Below are positions 13,303 through 21,168 of a stretch of DNA of 24,000 nucleotides, piece by piece; position 1 is the first letter of the stretch; each line of letters starts with the position of its first letter. This stretch comes from an uncultured Candidatus Saccharibacteria bacterium. Its GTDB lineage: Bacteria; Patescibacteriota; Saccharimonadia; Saccharimonadales; Saccharimonadaceae. A program made the position numbers and the translations under genes. The notes under the pieces are model-generated. The model did not search any database. It was given only the letters and a program-made list of their open reading frames with translations, and was not told where the DNA came from. The DNA is taken from contig CAZPHO010000001.1 of assembly GCA_964586855.1 (NCBI GenBank), forward strand, positions 66,076 through 90,075, written 5' to 3'.

Positions 13303-15207
13303 ATGAATGCACAACAAATTCGTCAGAAATATTTAAAATTCTTTGAAGATCGTGGACACGCTGTTATTGAACGCGCACCGTTAATCCTCAAAGACGATCC
13401 AACAACTTTATTTACCGGCTCAGGCATGCAGCCACTGTTGCCTTTTTTGCTTGGCCAGGCTCACCCCAAGGGCAAGCGCTTGACTGATAGCCAGACTTGT
13501 TTGCGATCGCAGGATATCGATGATGTCGGCGATAATCGCCACACGACTTTTTTCGAAATGTTGGGCAATTGGAGTCTGGGTGATTACACTAAGCGTGATC
13601 AAATTAACTGGTTTTTTGAGTTTTTAACCGAGGAGATTGGTCTGGATCCGCATAAGATTTATGCAACTTGTTTTATTGGTAGTGAAGAATATGGGATCCC
13701 AGCTGATACGGAAGCGGTGGAAATCTGGAAAGAAGTATTTGCTAAGCACGGTATTGACGCTAAGGTGGTCGAGCTAGACACAGCTGAAGCTGGTGATCAG
13801 CTTGGCTTGCAGGGCGGCCGAATTTTCCTTTACGGCGATAAAGAAAACTGGTGGAGTCGCGGTGGTAGTATCGAGAACACTCCGATTGGTGATCCATGTG
13901 GACCTGACAGCGAAGTTTTCTATGATTTTGGCGAGGACAACCAAGACCCAAGTTTTGGCAAATCTCATCCTGCCAGCGATGGTGGGCGGTTTATGGAAAT
14001 TGGCAACCAAGTATTTATGGAATATCGGCGCCTTGAGGATGGCAGCTTTGAGCCGCTTAAGCAGAAAAATATTGATTTTGGGGCTGGTCTCGAGCGAATT
14101 GCGGCCTCTTCAATCGGCAATCCAGATGTGTTTGCGGTTAGTTTACTCAAGCCAATTGTTGATAAGCTGGAAGAGCTGAGCGGCAAAGCTTACGCTGATA
14201 ATTTAGTCAGTATGCGAATTATCGCTGATCATGTTCGTTCAGCCGCTTTTCTGGCAGTCGATGGTTGCGTGCCGAGCAATAAGGAGCATGGCTATGTGAT
14301 GCGCAAATTCATTCGTCGAGCGATGGTTCAGGCTTATGAGCTTGGAATTGAGAAGGATTTCTTTGAGCAAATTGGGCCAGTGGTGATTGATTTATATAAA
14401 GATGATTTTCCAGAAGTTAAAGAATACGGCGAGATGGTGGTTCAGATCTTGGCGCAAGAAGAAAGAACGTTTCGCAAGACTCTGAGCAAAGGCGTCAAAG
14501 AGTTTTTACGCTTGAGCTCACTGGTGGCGGCTGGCAAGCTCGAGGCTGTCGGCGGGCAAGAGCTGTTTCGGCTGTATGACACCTACGGCTTTCCGCTTGA
14601 GTTATCAACTGAAGAAGCGTCTAGGCGAGGTATTAAGTTGACTACTGACTGGCAAGCTGAGTTCGAGACTGAAATGGACCAGCAGCGTGAGCGGTCCAAA
14701 ACCGCCTCCAAAGGCATGTTTAAAGGCGGTCTTGAGGGTGAAACTGACAAGCAGTTGCGCCTGCATACTTCGGCTCATCTGATGTTGGCAGCGATGAAAA
14801 AAGTCTTGGGCGACGACGTTAACCAAAAAGGCTCAAATATTAACGACGAGCGGCTGCGGTTCGATTTTAATTATCCAGAAAAAGTCTCTCGGGACAAGCT
14901 GGATGAAATTGAAAAGTTGGTCAATCAAGCAATTGCGGACAAATTGCCTGTGACCATGACTGAAATGTCCAAAGATGAAGCTTATGCAGCTGGGGCGCAT
15001 GGTGATTTTGATGAGCGCTACGGTGATAAGGTCAAAGTTTATCAAGTTGGCGAAGGTGACCAGCTATTTAGCAAAGAGATTTGCGGCGGGCCACATGTTG
15101 CCAATACTGGCGATATTGCCCCAAATGATGAGCAGTTCAAAATTATCAAAGAAGAGTCATCTTCAGCGGGTGTTCGTCGAGTCAAAGCAGTTTTGCAGGC
15201 CAAATAA
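13303..15207 (+). CDS. alaS: Alanine--tRNA ligase, compact form (no C-Ala domain, abbreviated editing domain)
   Basis: The N-terminus IRQKYLKFFEDRGH, TLFTGSGMQ, HTTFFEMLGNWSLGDY, GLERI and RLYDTYGFP are present. So are the editing motifs HTSAHLM and CGGPHV and the C-terminal GVRRVKAV. It is only 634 aa. Confidence 0.9.
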   Translation: MNAQQIRQKYLKFFEDRGHAVIERAPLILKDDPTTLFTGSGMQPLLPFLLGQAHPKGKRLTDSQTCLRSQDIDDVGDNRHTTFFEMLGNWSLGDYTKRDQINWFFEFLTEEIGLDPHKIYATCFIGSEEYGIPADTEAVEIWKEVFAKHGIDAKVVELDTAEAGDQLGLQGGRIFLYGDKENWWSRGGSIENTPIGDPCGPDSEVFYDFGEDNQDPSFGKSHPASDGGRFMEIGNQVFMEYRRLEDGSFEPLKQKNIDFGAGLERIAASSIGNPDVFAVSLLKPIVDKLEELSGKAYADNLVSMRIIADHVRSAAFLAVDGCVPSNKEHGYVMRKFIRRAMVQAYELGIEKDFFEQIGPVVIDLYKDDFPEVKEYGEMVVQILAQEERTFRKTLSKGVKEFLRLSSLVAAGKLEAVGGQELFRLYDTYGFPLELSTEEASRRGIKLTTDWQAEFETEMDQQRERSKTASKGMFKGGLEGETDKQLRLHTSAHLMLAAMKKVLGDDVNQKGSNINDERLRFDFNYPEKVSRDKLDEIEKLVNQAIADKLPVTMTEMSKDEAYAAGAHGDFDERYGDKVKVYQVGEGDQLFSKEICGGPHVANTGDIAPNDEQFKIIKEESSSAGVRRVKAVLQAK

Positions 15208-15247
15208 TTTTAAAATTAGCTTAAGTAGTATATAATAAAGGCCATAT

Positions 15248-16516
15248 ATGGTTTTTGCTAAACTCAAAAAAACTAAGCAGCCGACTGAGGGCGACAATTC
15301 AATTGTCGCGATTGATGTTGGGACTGAATACATCAAGGCTATTATCGCCAAGGTTGAAGGCGAAAAGTTACGGGTAGTTGGTGTTGGTCGGTCACGGCAA
15401 GGCGCTAGCGATATGCACGCTGGAGCGATTGCTGACATTGCTGGCGTGGTTCGCAATTGCGAACAGGCGCTCAGTCAGGCTGAAGAGCAGGCTGGTTTTC
15501 AGGTCAAGCGAGCAATTATGGGTATCGCTGGCGAACTAGTCAAGGGCAATACTGACACCATCCGCTACCGTCGACCACAGCCTGATCGAGTGTTGGACGA
15601 AAACGAGATGCAATTTATCATTGAAAAAGTCCAGGATCGAGCTTTGGCCAGGGCGCAGCGTGAAATTGGCCTGGAGACTGGCAATGAAAATGTTGAGATT
15701 AAACTAGTCAATTCAGCTTTGGTCAGCCTGCATATCGATGGCTACAAAGTATCCAACCCAATCGGTTTTCAAGGCAAAGACGTAGCGATTCAGATTTACA
15801 ATGCATTTGCGCCAATGGTCCACATCGGGGCACTCGAAAGTGTGGCTAATGAGCTTGAGTTGGAGTTGATTGCAGTTTCGGCTGAGCCGTTTGCGGTTAG
15901 TCGGTCGGTGATTGGTACTGATTCAGCGAGTGATTTTACAGCAATCTTAGCTGATGTTGGTGGCGGGACAACTGATATTGCGGTGGTCAATGATGGTGGC
16001 GTCGAGGGGACGAAGATGTTTGGCATTGGCGGTCGTAGTTTCACTAAAACTATCGCCAACGATTTGCACTTAGCTTTTGAAGAAGCGGAAAAAGTCAAGC
16101 TCAACCTTGGTAATGACAAACTGAAGCCCGAAATTCGAGCCGATGCCGAGGCAGCAATTCAAAAAACTTTAGCTGTCTGGCTGTCGGGTATCGAGCTGTC
16201 ATTATCTGAATTTACCAATGTCGATCAGCTGCCGAGTCAGATTTTACTCTGTGGTGGCGGTGCTAGCTTGGAACTACTGGTTGAAGCGCTGGCTGGTTAT
16301 GACTGGGATCGGTCACTGCCGTTTAGTCGCCGTCCAGTTGTGAAACACATTTCGCCGAAGGATGCGATGGGCGTGATTGACGATACCGGTTTGATCACCG
16401 ATCATACTTTGATTACTGGCCTTGGTTTGTTGCGAGTCGGTTATGACACTGTCCAGGACGACCAAGAAGTTGATTTTAATTTTAAAGAGAAGTTAAATAA
16501 AATATTGAGAATTTAA
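15248..16516 (+). CDS. ftsA: FtsA-like actin-family ATPase
   Basis: IAIDVGTEYIKA (phosphate 1), ADVGGGTTDIAV (phosphate 2), GGRSFTKTIANDL..FEEAEKVK and LCGGGASL are present. The C-terminal amphipathic tail is FKEKLNKILRI. PilM-like is a less likely alternative. Confidence 0.75.
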   Translation: MVFAKLKKTKQPTEGDNSIVAIDVGTEYIKAIIAKVEGEKLRVVGVGRSRQGASDMHAGAIADIAGVVRNCEQALSQAEEQAGFQVKRAIMGIAGELVKGNTDTIRYRRPQPDRVLDENEMQFIIEKVQDRALARAQREIGLETGNENVEIKLVNSALVSLHIDGYKVSNPIGFQGKDVAIQIYNAFAPMVHIGALESVANELELELIAVSAEPFAVSRSVIGTDSASDFTAILADVGGGTTDIAVVNDGGVEGTKMFGIGGRSFTKTIANDLHLAFEEAEKVKLNLGNDKLKPEIRADAEAAIQKTLAVWLSGIELSLSEFTNVDQLPSQILLCGGGASLELLVEALAGYDWDRSLPFSRRPVVKHISPKDAMGVIDDTGLITDHTLITGLGLLRVGYDTVQDDQEVDFNFKEKLNKILRI

Positions 16517-18094
16517 ATGAGCAAAGAAGTTATTTATATTGACACCAACGATGATATAACTAGTTTGATTAGTAAAATCAAGGCTAGCCCCGAGAAAATT
16601 ATTGCTTTGGTGCCGTCCAAGCAAATCAGTTTACTACAGAGTTCGGTTAATCTGAAGTTGCTGGCTAAAACCACCAAGGCTAATGATAAATATTTAGTCG
16701 TCATCACCAACAATCAGGCCCTCAAAAAATTGGCGGCTCTGGCTCGAGTGCCGATTGCGGCTACTCTCCAAAGCAAACCAGAACTGCCCGAAATCGATGC
16801 GCTGAAAGTTGATGGCGAGAGTGATATTATTACCAGTGATGCGCCCGAGCCTGAGTTAGGCGCCAAAGCTGCGGCAGCTCCGATTGCAGGCAAAAAATTA
16901 GCTGACTCAGCCGCACCCAAAAAGCCAGTCAAAGTCCCAAACCACAAAAAATTCCAAAAGAAAGTTTTGTTGATTGCTGGTGGAATTGTTGCTCTTGTCC
17001 TGTTTCTTATCTGGGCAATTGTCCTAGCTCCAAATGCTCAAATTACTATTGCCTCAACCAAAAAGACCGAAAATGTGACCGCTAATCTAAAATTGTCAGA
17101 GGACTCAACTGCTACCAATGTCGACAATGGGATTTTGCATTTTCAAACTCAGCGCCTGACAAAGCAGCGCTCAATCGAGTTTAATGCGACTGGCGACAAA
17201 GAAATTGGCTCCAAGGCGACCGGCACGATCACACTAGAGAAATATCAGGGGAGCAATCCGGCTACAATTCCAGCTGGTACCGCTTTTTCGAGCAACAGTC
17301 TTAACTTCATCACCGTTAGTGACGTGACTGTCCCTGGCACGGGCGAAACCGAAGATGGTAATAACGTTCCTGGCCGAGCCTCAGTTAAGGTTCAAGCTCA
17401 AGATATTGGTGACCAATACAATCTAAGCGCACGAGAATATTTGTCATCAATTAGAAATGTAAAGGCGACTGGCACGGACATGGCAGGCGGCAGCAAGCGC
17501 CAAGTCAAGGTCGTGACTCAAAAAGATTTAGACACTGCCAAGCAGGCTCTTGAAAAGCAATCATCTGACGAGGCTAAAACCGAGCTGACCAACAAATTTG
17601 ACTCGAGTGTGGTTGTTATCCAAGAGAGTCTTCAGACTAAAGCTGGTGACATCAAAGCCAGCAACGAAGTCGATAGTGAGGCCAAGGATGGCAAGGCCCG
17701 ACTTGAACAAGAAGTTGAATATTCAATTTCGGCTGTTAGTCGTGATTTACTCAAGCAGTTTATTGAGGCGGCGGCTAAAAGTCAAGAGGTAGAGGCCAAG
17801 CTTGGTGATAATCAGCGGATTTTTGATCATGGTTTAGATACAATTCAATTCAACAAATACCAAGCCACGAGCAACCCAGCTTCAGCTGAAGTCGTTGTTC
17901 AAATTCAGATCGGGCCCAATATCGATGAAGCCAGTGTCCGTGAGTTTGCTGGCGGGAAAGCCGTCGGTGAAATTCAATCACATTACCAATCAATCGAAGG
18001 CGTCAGTAGCGTCAATGTCCAGGTCAAGCCGTTTTGGGTCAGTCGGGTGCCAAAGAATCCATCGAAAATCAACGTTAAAATTGAGCTTAAATAA
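16517..18094 (+). CDS. Hypothetical bitopic membrane protein coupled to ftsA
   Basis: Its ATG abuts the ftsA stop (TAAATG, 16514-16519). It has a ~150-aa cytoplasmic part with an Ala/Pro/Lys linker, one TM helix (VLLIAGGIVALVLFLIWAIVLAP) and a ~350-aa external domain. I cannot assign a family from sequence alone. Confidence 0.7.
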   Translation: MSKEVIYIDTNDDITSLISKIKASPEKIIALVPSKQISLLQSSVNLKLLAKTTKANDKYLVVITNNQALKKLAALARVPIAATLQSKPELPEIDALKVDGESDIITSDAPEPELGAKAAAAPIAGKKLADSAAPKKPVKVPNHKKFQKKVLLIAGGIVALVLFLIWAIVLAPNAQITIASTKKTENVTANLKLSEDSTATNVDNGILHFQTQRLTKQRSIEFNATGDKEIGSKATGTITLEKYQGSNPATIPAGTAFSSNSLNFITVSDVTVPGTGETEDGNNVPGRASVKVQAQDIGDQYNLSAREYLSSIRNVKATGTDMAGGSKRQVKVVTQKDLDTAKQALEKQSSDEAKTELTNKFDSSVVVIQESLQTKAGDIKASNEVDSEAKDGKARLEQEVEYSISAVSRDLLKQFIEAAAKSQEVEAKLGDNQRIFDHGLDTIQFNKYQATSNPASAEVVVQIQIGPNIDEASVREFAGGKAVGEIQSHYQSIEGVSSVNVQVKPFWVSRVPKNPSKINVKIELK

Positions 18095-18510
18095 TGGTTT
18101 TTGGTCGGTCAGTTAAAAACTATCTCGGTCTTGATTATGGCGCCAAACGAATTGGCGTAGCAACTGCTGATTCGGAGGTGAAAATCGCTATTCCTTATGG
18201 CGTGATTGACAATGATGAACATAAAATTGACCAGATCACTGAGCTAATTGATGAGCAAAAAATTGATTTAGTGGTCGTCGGTTATCCGCGTAATCAAGCG
18301 GGAGAGCCGACCGCACAGACGGCTGAAGTCGAGCAATTTGTTGAGCAGCTTCAGCAATCATTTCCAAAAATCATGTTCCAGGATGAATCGTTAACTAGCG
18401 TTTTGGCCGAAGAGCGGCTCAAGGCTTATCATAAAAATTATTCAAAGGAAGATATTGATGCCAGCGCTGCTGCAATAATTTTAGAAGATTATTTGGAGGA
18501 TAATTTATGA
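18094..18510 (+). CDS. ruvX: Putative pre-16S rRNA nuclease / Holliday junction resolvase-like YqgF
   Basis: LGLDYGAKRIGVATAD, VVGYPRNQAGEPT and DESLTS match the YqgF/RuvX signature. Its start overlaps the upstream stop (TAATG). Confidence 0.9.
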   Translation: MVFGRSVKNYLGLDYGAKRIGVATADSEVKIAIPYGVIDNDEHKIDQITELIDEQKIDLVVVGYPRNQAGEPTAQTAEVEQFVEQLQQSFPKIMFQDESLTSVLAEERLKAYHKNYSKEDIDASAAAIILEDYLEDNL

Positions 18511-19631
18511 ACGAACCTCAATTAACTCAGGATTTTTCGACTGTCAGCCAGCCAGCCTCACCGATGACGCTGCCTAAAAAACGACGCAAGTGGCCGTGGG
18601 TGCTCTTGGCGCTGCTTTTGTTGGTTGCGGCTGCTGGCGGAGTTGGTTTTTGGTATTACAACGATAATTTGACGGCTGTTCACCCTGGACAAGATCAGCC
18701 ACAAGCGTTCGTAATCGAACAGGGGGCAATGGTTAGTCAAATTGCGGCTGAGCTCGAATCTGATGGCTTGATCAAAAATCAGCAAGTTTTTTCGCTGTAT
18801 GCGCGGTTGAACTCGTTGGGCGATAAGTTTCAGGCGGGGACTTTTTTACTACGGCCTAGTATGTCAACTCCCGAGATTATCAACGACATCATCACTGGTA
18901 AAACCAAACAAATGTTAGTCACTCTCTATCCTGGCGTGCCGCTCAATTTTCGCAATACTCTGAACGCGCCAACCCTTTCACATCGTGAATCGCTTAAAAA
19001 AGCTGGCTACACCGATCAAGAAATCACTCAGGCTTTTGCCAAAAAATACGATCATCCGCTGTTAAAACATTTTCCGGAAGCTAAATCTCTTGAGGGATTG
19101 ATCTTAGGCGAGACTTATATTTTTGCTCTTGGCACGCCAATTGATCAAGTTTTGCTGACGACTTTTGATCACTATCAACAGATTTTAGACAAAAACCAGA
19201 TTTTAGAGGGCTTTAAAAATCAAAAACTAACCTCGTATCAGGGAATAATCTTAGCGTCGATTGTCGAGCGCGAGTCGGCTAATATTGACTTTGAGACTAA
19301 GCGCAAAGTAGCTCAGGTTTTCTTGCGGCGCTTTAGAGAGGGAATGCAGCTTGGCTCGGATGTGACTTATCAATATGCCAGCCGCTTGGCGGGGGTTGAG
19401 AACGATTTGTATATCGATTCGCCCTATAACACGCGCAAATATCCAGGTCTGCCACCTGGGCCAATTAGCTCGCCTGGAGTTGATGCCTTGAGGGCGGTTG
19501 CTAACCCAGCCGAAACTAACTACCTCTATTTTGTTGATGGTGATGATGATTTGACTTATTTTGCAAACACCAATGCCGAACACGAAGCCAACGTTCGTCA
19601 ACACTGCAAAGTCAAGTGTTTAGCGATGTAA
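18507..19631 (+). CDS. mltG: Endolytic murein transglycosylase MltG (YceG family)
   Basis: It has an N-terminal TM helix, ILASIVERES, SPYNTRKYPGLPPGPISSPG and YLYFV...F..T..EH. It overlaps ruvX as ATGA. Confidence 0.9.
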   Translation: MNEPQLTQDFSTVSQPASPMTLPKKRRKWPWVLLALLLLVAAAGGVGFWYYNDNLTAVHPGQDQPQAFVIEQGAMVSQIAAELESDGLIKNQQVFSLYARLNSLGDKFQAGTFLLRPSMSTPEIINDIITGKTKQMLVTLYPGVPLNFRNTLNAPTLSHRESLKKAGYTDQEITQAFAKKYDHPLLKHFPEAKSLEGLILGETYIFALGTPIDQVLLTTFDHYQQILDKNQILEGFKNQKLTSYQGIILASIVERESANIDFETKRKVAQVFLRRFREGMQLGSDVTYQYASRLAGVENDLYIDSPYNTRKYPGLPPGPISSPGVDALRAVANPAETNYLYFVDGDDDLTYFANTNAEHEANVRQHCKVKCLAM

Positions 19632-19633
19632 AC

Positions 19634-19662
19634 TTGACATCATAACGCTTATTTGCTAAAAT
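19634..19662 (+). promoter_or_regulatory. Near-consensus sigma70 promoter (strongest in the window)
   Basis: TTGACA (19634-19639), 17-nt spacer, TGcTAAAAT (19654-19662). It starts 3 nt after the mltG stop. Confidence 0.7.
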
Positions 19663-19940
19663 AGTCGGCGTATCTTTGAGTTCTGACTACAGGTGGAGTT
19701 TGTGTAATTAGTCCCCAAGGGTATTTACCAGATAAGTCGCAAGACACAGCTTAATTCAACAATATAATAACAATAAGTGGTCGAGTTACGTGTGATGTTT
19801 TCCGTCTGGAAAAGTAAGTCTGTCTGGTAAGCGTCAAAAAGTGATTTTTGACACGGAGTATTCTCATAAAACGAATTTTATCTAATCAAATCAATCGTGC
19901 CAAGAAAACTTGGTGTGATTATAATTGTCAAAAGAAAATT
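19663..19940 (+). other. Long structured untranslated region (5' leader or independent small RNA) between the strong promoter and the LysM/CHAP gene
   Basis: This ~280-nt stretch has no credible ORF. It contains the hairpins TTTTCC-gtct-GGAAAA (19798-19813) and GTCAAAAA-gtga-TTTTTGAC (19833-19852). A second TATAAT lies at 19920-19925. Confidence 0.4.
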
Positions 19941-21101
19941 ATGCGCCAGCTGGTTCAGGCTGGTGAAGCTAAAAACAAGAAATCCAGCTTATTTTACAGT
20001 TTTGGATTTTTGGTGGTTTTAGGTATTGCAGTTCAAAGCTATTTACCACAGTTCAATCTATCGACCAAGCCAAATCCAGAAGTTCAATTAGTTTCAGCTC
20101 AAGTCGAAACCGCCCAAACTCAAGCTACTACCAGTTCGCTGATCGCGACCAAAGTCAACGATGTGGCGATGACGGCCACCATTGCCGAAACCGCCGCTTT
20201 ACCGGTAGCAACTGAGGCTGCGATTGCCTCAACCGTGGCTGCCGCTGAAGAAGAAATTGCTCAAACCACTCAAGCCGTGGTTGATAAACCAGCCATCGTC
20301 AGTATTGATCAGGTGGTAACTGGAATTCAGCTGCACAAAGTCAAATCTGGCGACAAAATTGCTGACTTGGCCAATCAGTATGGTGTAAGCGAGCAAACGA
20401 TTCGCTGGGCCAATGACTTGGAGTCGAGCAAAGAGCCAACGGCTGACACGACCATGAAGATTCCACCGGTCGATGGCTTGATTTACAAGGTGAGGGCGGA
20501 CGATTCAGTTGATCGACTAGCCACTAAATACAAAGCCTCAGCTCAACGACTAATTACTTACAACAACCTTGAAGCAGTCAGTTCATTGCCTAGCGGCCAA
20601 GAAATTATCATTCCTGGGGGAGTGTTGCCAGAAAACGAACGACCTGGCTATCAGGCGCCAGCAATCGTGACGGCGGCTCCAGTTCGAGCTCCAGCCTATT
20701 CATCATATAATTATTCAGCCAATGGCGGCGGCGGGCGCTTTGGCTTGTCAACCATCGGTTACGGTGGCGCTACTTCTGGCGGTAATCGCTATGCTTACGG
20801 TAACTGCACCTGGTATTCTTATGAGCGCCGGCTCAAGCTTGGTCGACCGATTGGTGGTCTATGGGGCAATGCCACTTCTTGGGCTTCGTCGGCTCGAGCT
20901 AACGGCTTTACTGTCAATAAGACTCCAGCTCCTGGTGCAATTTTCCAGAATCACGGTGGCTATGGTCACGTTGGGGTTGTTGAAAAGGTTTATCCAAATG
21001 GCGATATCTATGTGACTGAGATGAACTATCAAGGCTATAACGTCATTTCGGGCGCCACCATCAAAGCTGCCTACGTCAGTAATTACAATTACATTCACTA
21101 A
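19941..21101 (+). CDS. Peptidoglycan hydrolase with N-terminal anchor, Ala/Thr-rich linker, two LysM domains and a C-terminal CHAP domain
   Basis: The LysM repeats are HKVKSGDKIADLANQYGVSEQTIRWAN and YKVRADDSVDRLATKYKASAQRLITYNN. The CHAP domain is YGNCTWYSY...GAIFQNHGGYGHVGVVEKV. I prefer ATG 19941 (MRQLVQAG..., followed by a TM helix) to TTG 19848, which lies inside a hairpin arm. Confidence 0.85.
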   Translation: MRQLVQAGEAKNKKSSLFYSFGFLVVLGIAVQSYLPQFNLSTKPNPEVQLVSAQVETAQTQATTSSLIATKVNDVAMTATIAETAALPVATEAAIASTVAAAEEEIAQTTQAVVDKPAIVSIDQVVTGIQLHKVKSGDKIADLANQYGVSEQTIRWANDLESSKEPTADTTMKIPPVDGLIYKVRADDSVDRLATKYKASAQRLITYNNLEAVSSLPSGQEIIIPGGVLPENERPGYQAPAIVTAAPVRAPAYSSYNYSANGGGGRFGLSTIGYGGATSGGNRYAYGNCTWYSYERRLKLGRPIGGLWGNATSWASSARANGFTVNKTPAPGAIFQNHGGYGHVGVVEKVYPNGDIYVTEMNYQGYNVISGATIKAAYVSNYNYIH

Positions 21102-21117
21102 AAGTTAACAACTCAAA

Positions 21118-21155
21118 TTAAACCCCGCTGGTAGTTACTGGTGGGGTTTAATGTT
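21118..21155 (+). terminator. Probable terminator hairpin after the LysM/CHAP gene
   Basis: TTAAACCCCGCTGGT-agtt-ACTGGTGGGGTTTAA forms a long stem with three G-U pairs. The U-tract is weak (TTTAATGTT). Confidence 0.5.
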
Positions 21156-21160
21156 ATAAT
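21152..21160 (+). promoter_or_regulatory. Extended -10 element of obg (leaderless-type spacing)
   Basis: TGtTATAAT at 21152-21160 ends 8 nt before ATG 21169. There is no SD. Confidence 0.55.
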
Positions 21161-21168
21161 TAGAGTCA

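Noticed and set aside
13420-15456. Alternate-frame and antisense ORFs inside alaS and the start of ftsA (13420-13602, 13760-14186 set, 14605-15045, 14975-15235, 15163-15456).
   Set aside because: They are embedded in, or antisense to, well-supported conserved genes. They have no independent signals.
19731-19760. tmRNA-like stretch GATAAGTCGCAAGACACAGCTTAATTCAAC. It resembles E. coli ssrA around the resume codon and tag end (AAUAGUCGCAAACGAC ... GCAGCUUAAUAAC).
   Set aside because: No tRNA-like domain is present: there is no GGGG 5' acceptor, no T-arm and no terminal CCA within reach. The available length is too short. The possible tag frames end in DTA or SYV rather than a hydrophobic xAA. 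It should still be settled with an Rfam/ARAGORN scan.
19795-19830. 11-codon uORF MFSVWKSKSVW in the leader (two Trp codons, overlapping the hairpin and the direct repeat).
   Set aside because: It has no SD, and a Trp-attenuation logic makes no sense for a cell-wall hydrolase. It is probably fortuitous. It is worth revisiting only if ribosome profiling shows occupancy.
19848-19940. TTG 19848 as the start of the LysM/CHAP protein (ORF track).
   Set aside because: The TTG lies in the 3' arm of a perfect hairpin. The 31-aa extension has no signal or TM features and contains a TATAAT box. ATG 19941 gives a normal N-terminus followed by a TM helix. This remains somewhat uncertain.
19663-19940. Calling the leader a c-di-AMP (ydaO) riboswitch outright.
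   Set aside because: The conserved ACGGGG, GGGGUGAAUC and CCCGA...CAGCUAACCUCGUAAGCG cores are not recognisably present in the right order or spacing. I kept this only as a hypothesis to test.
20722-21015. 97-aa alternate-frame ORF inside the CHAP-domain region.
   Set aside because: It is an Ala/Leu/Val-rich shadow ORF in a GC-richer segment of a well-supported gene.
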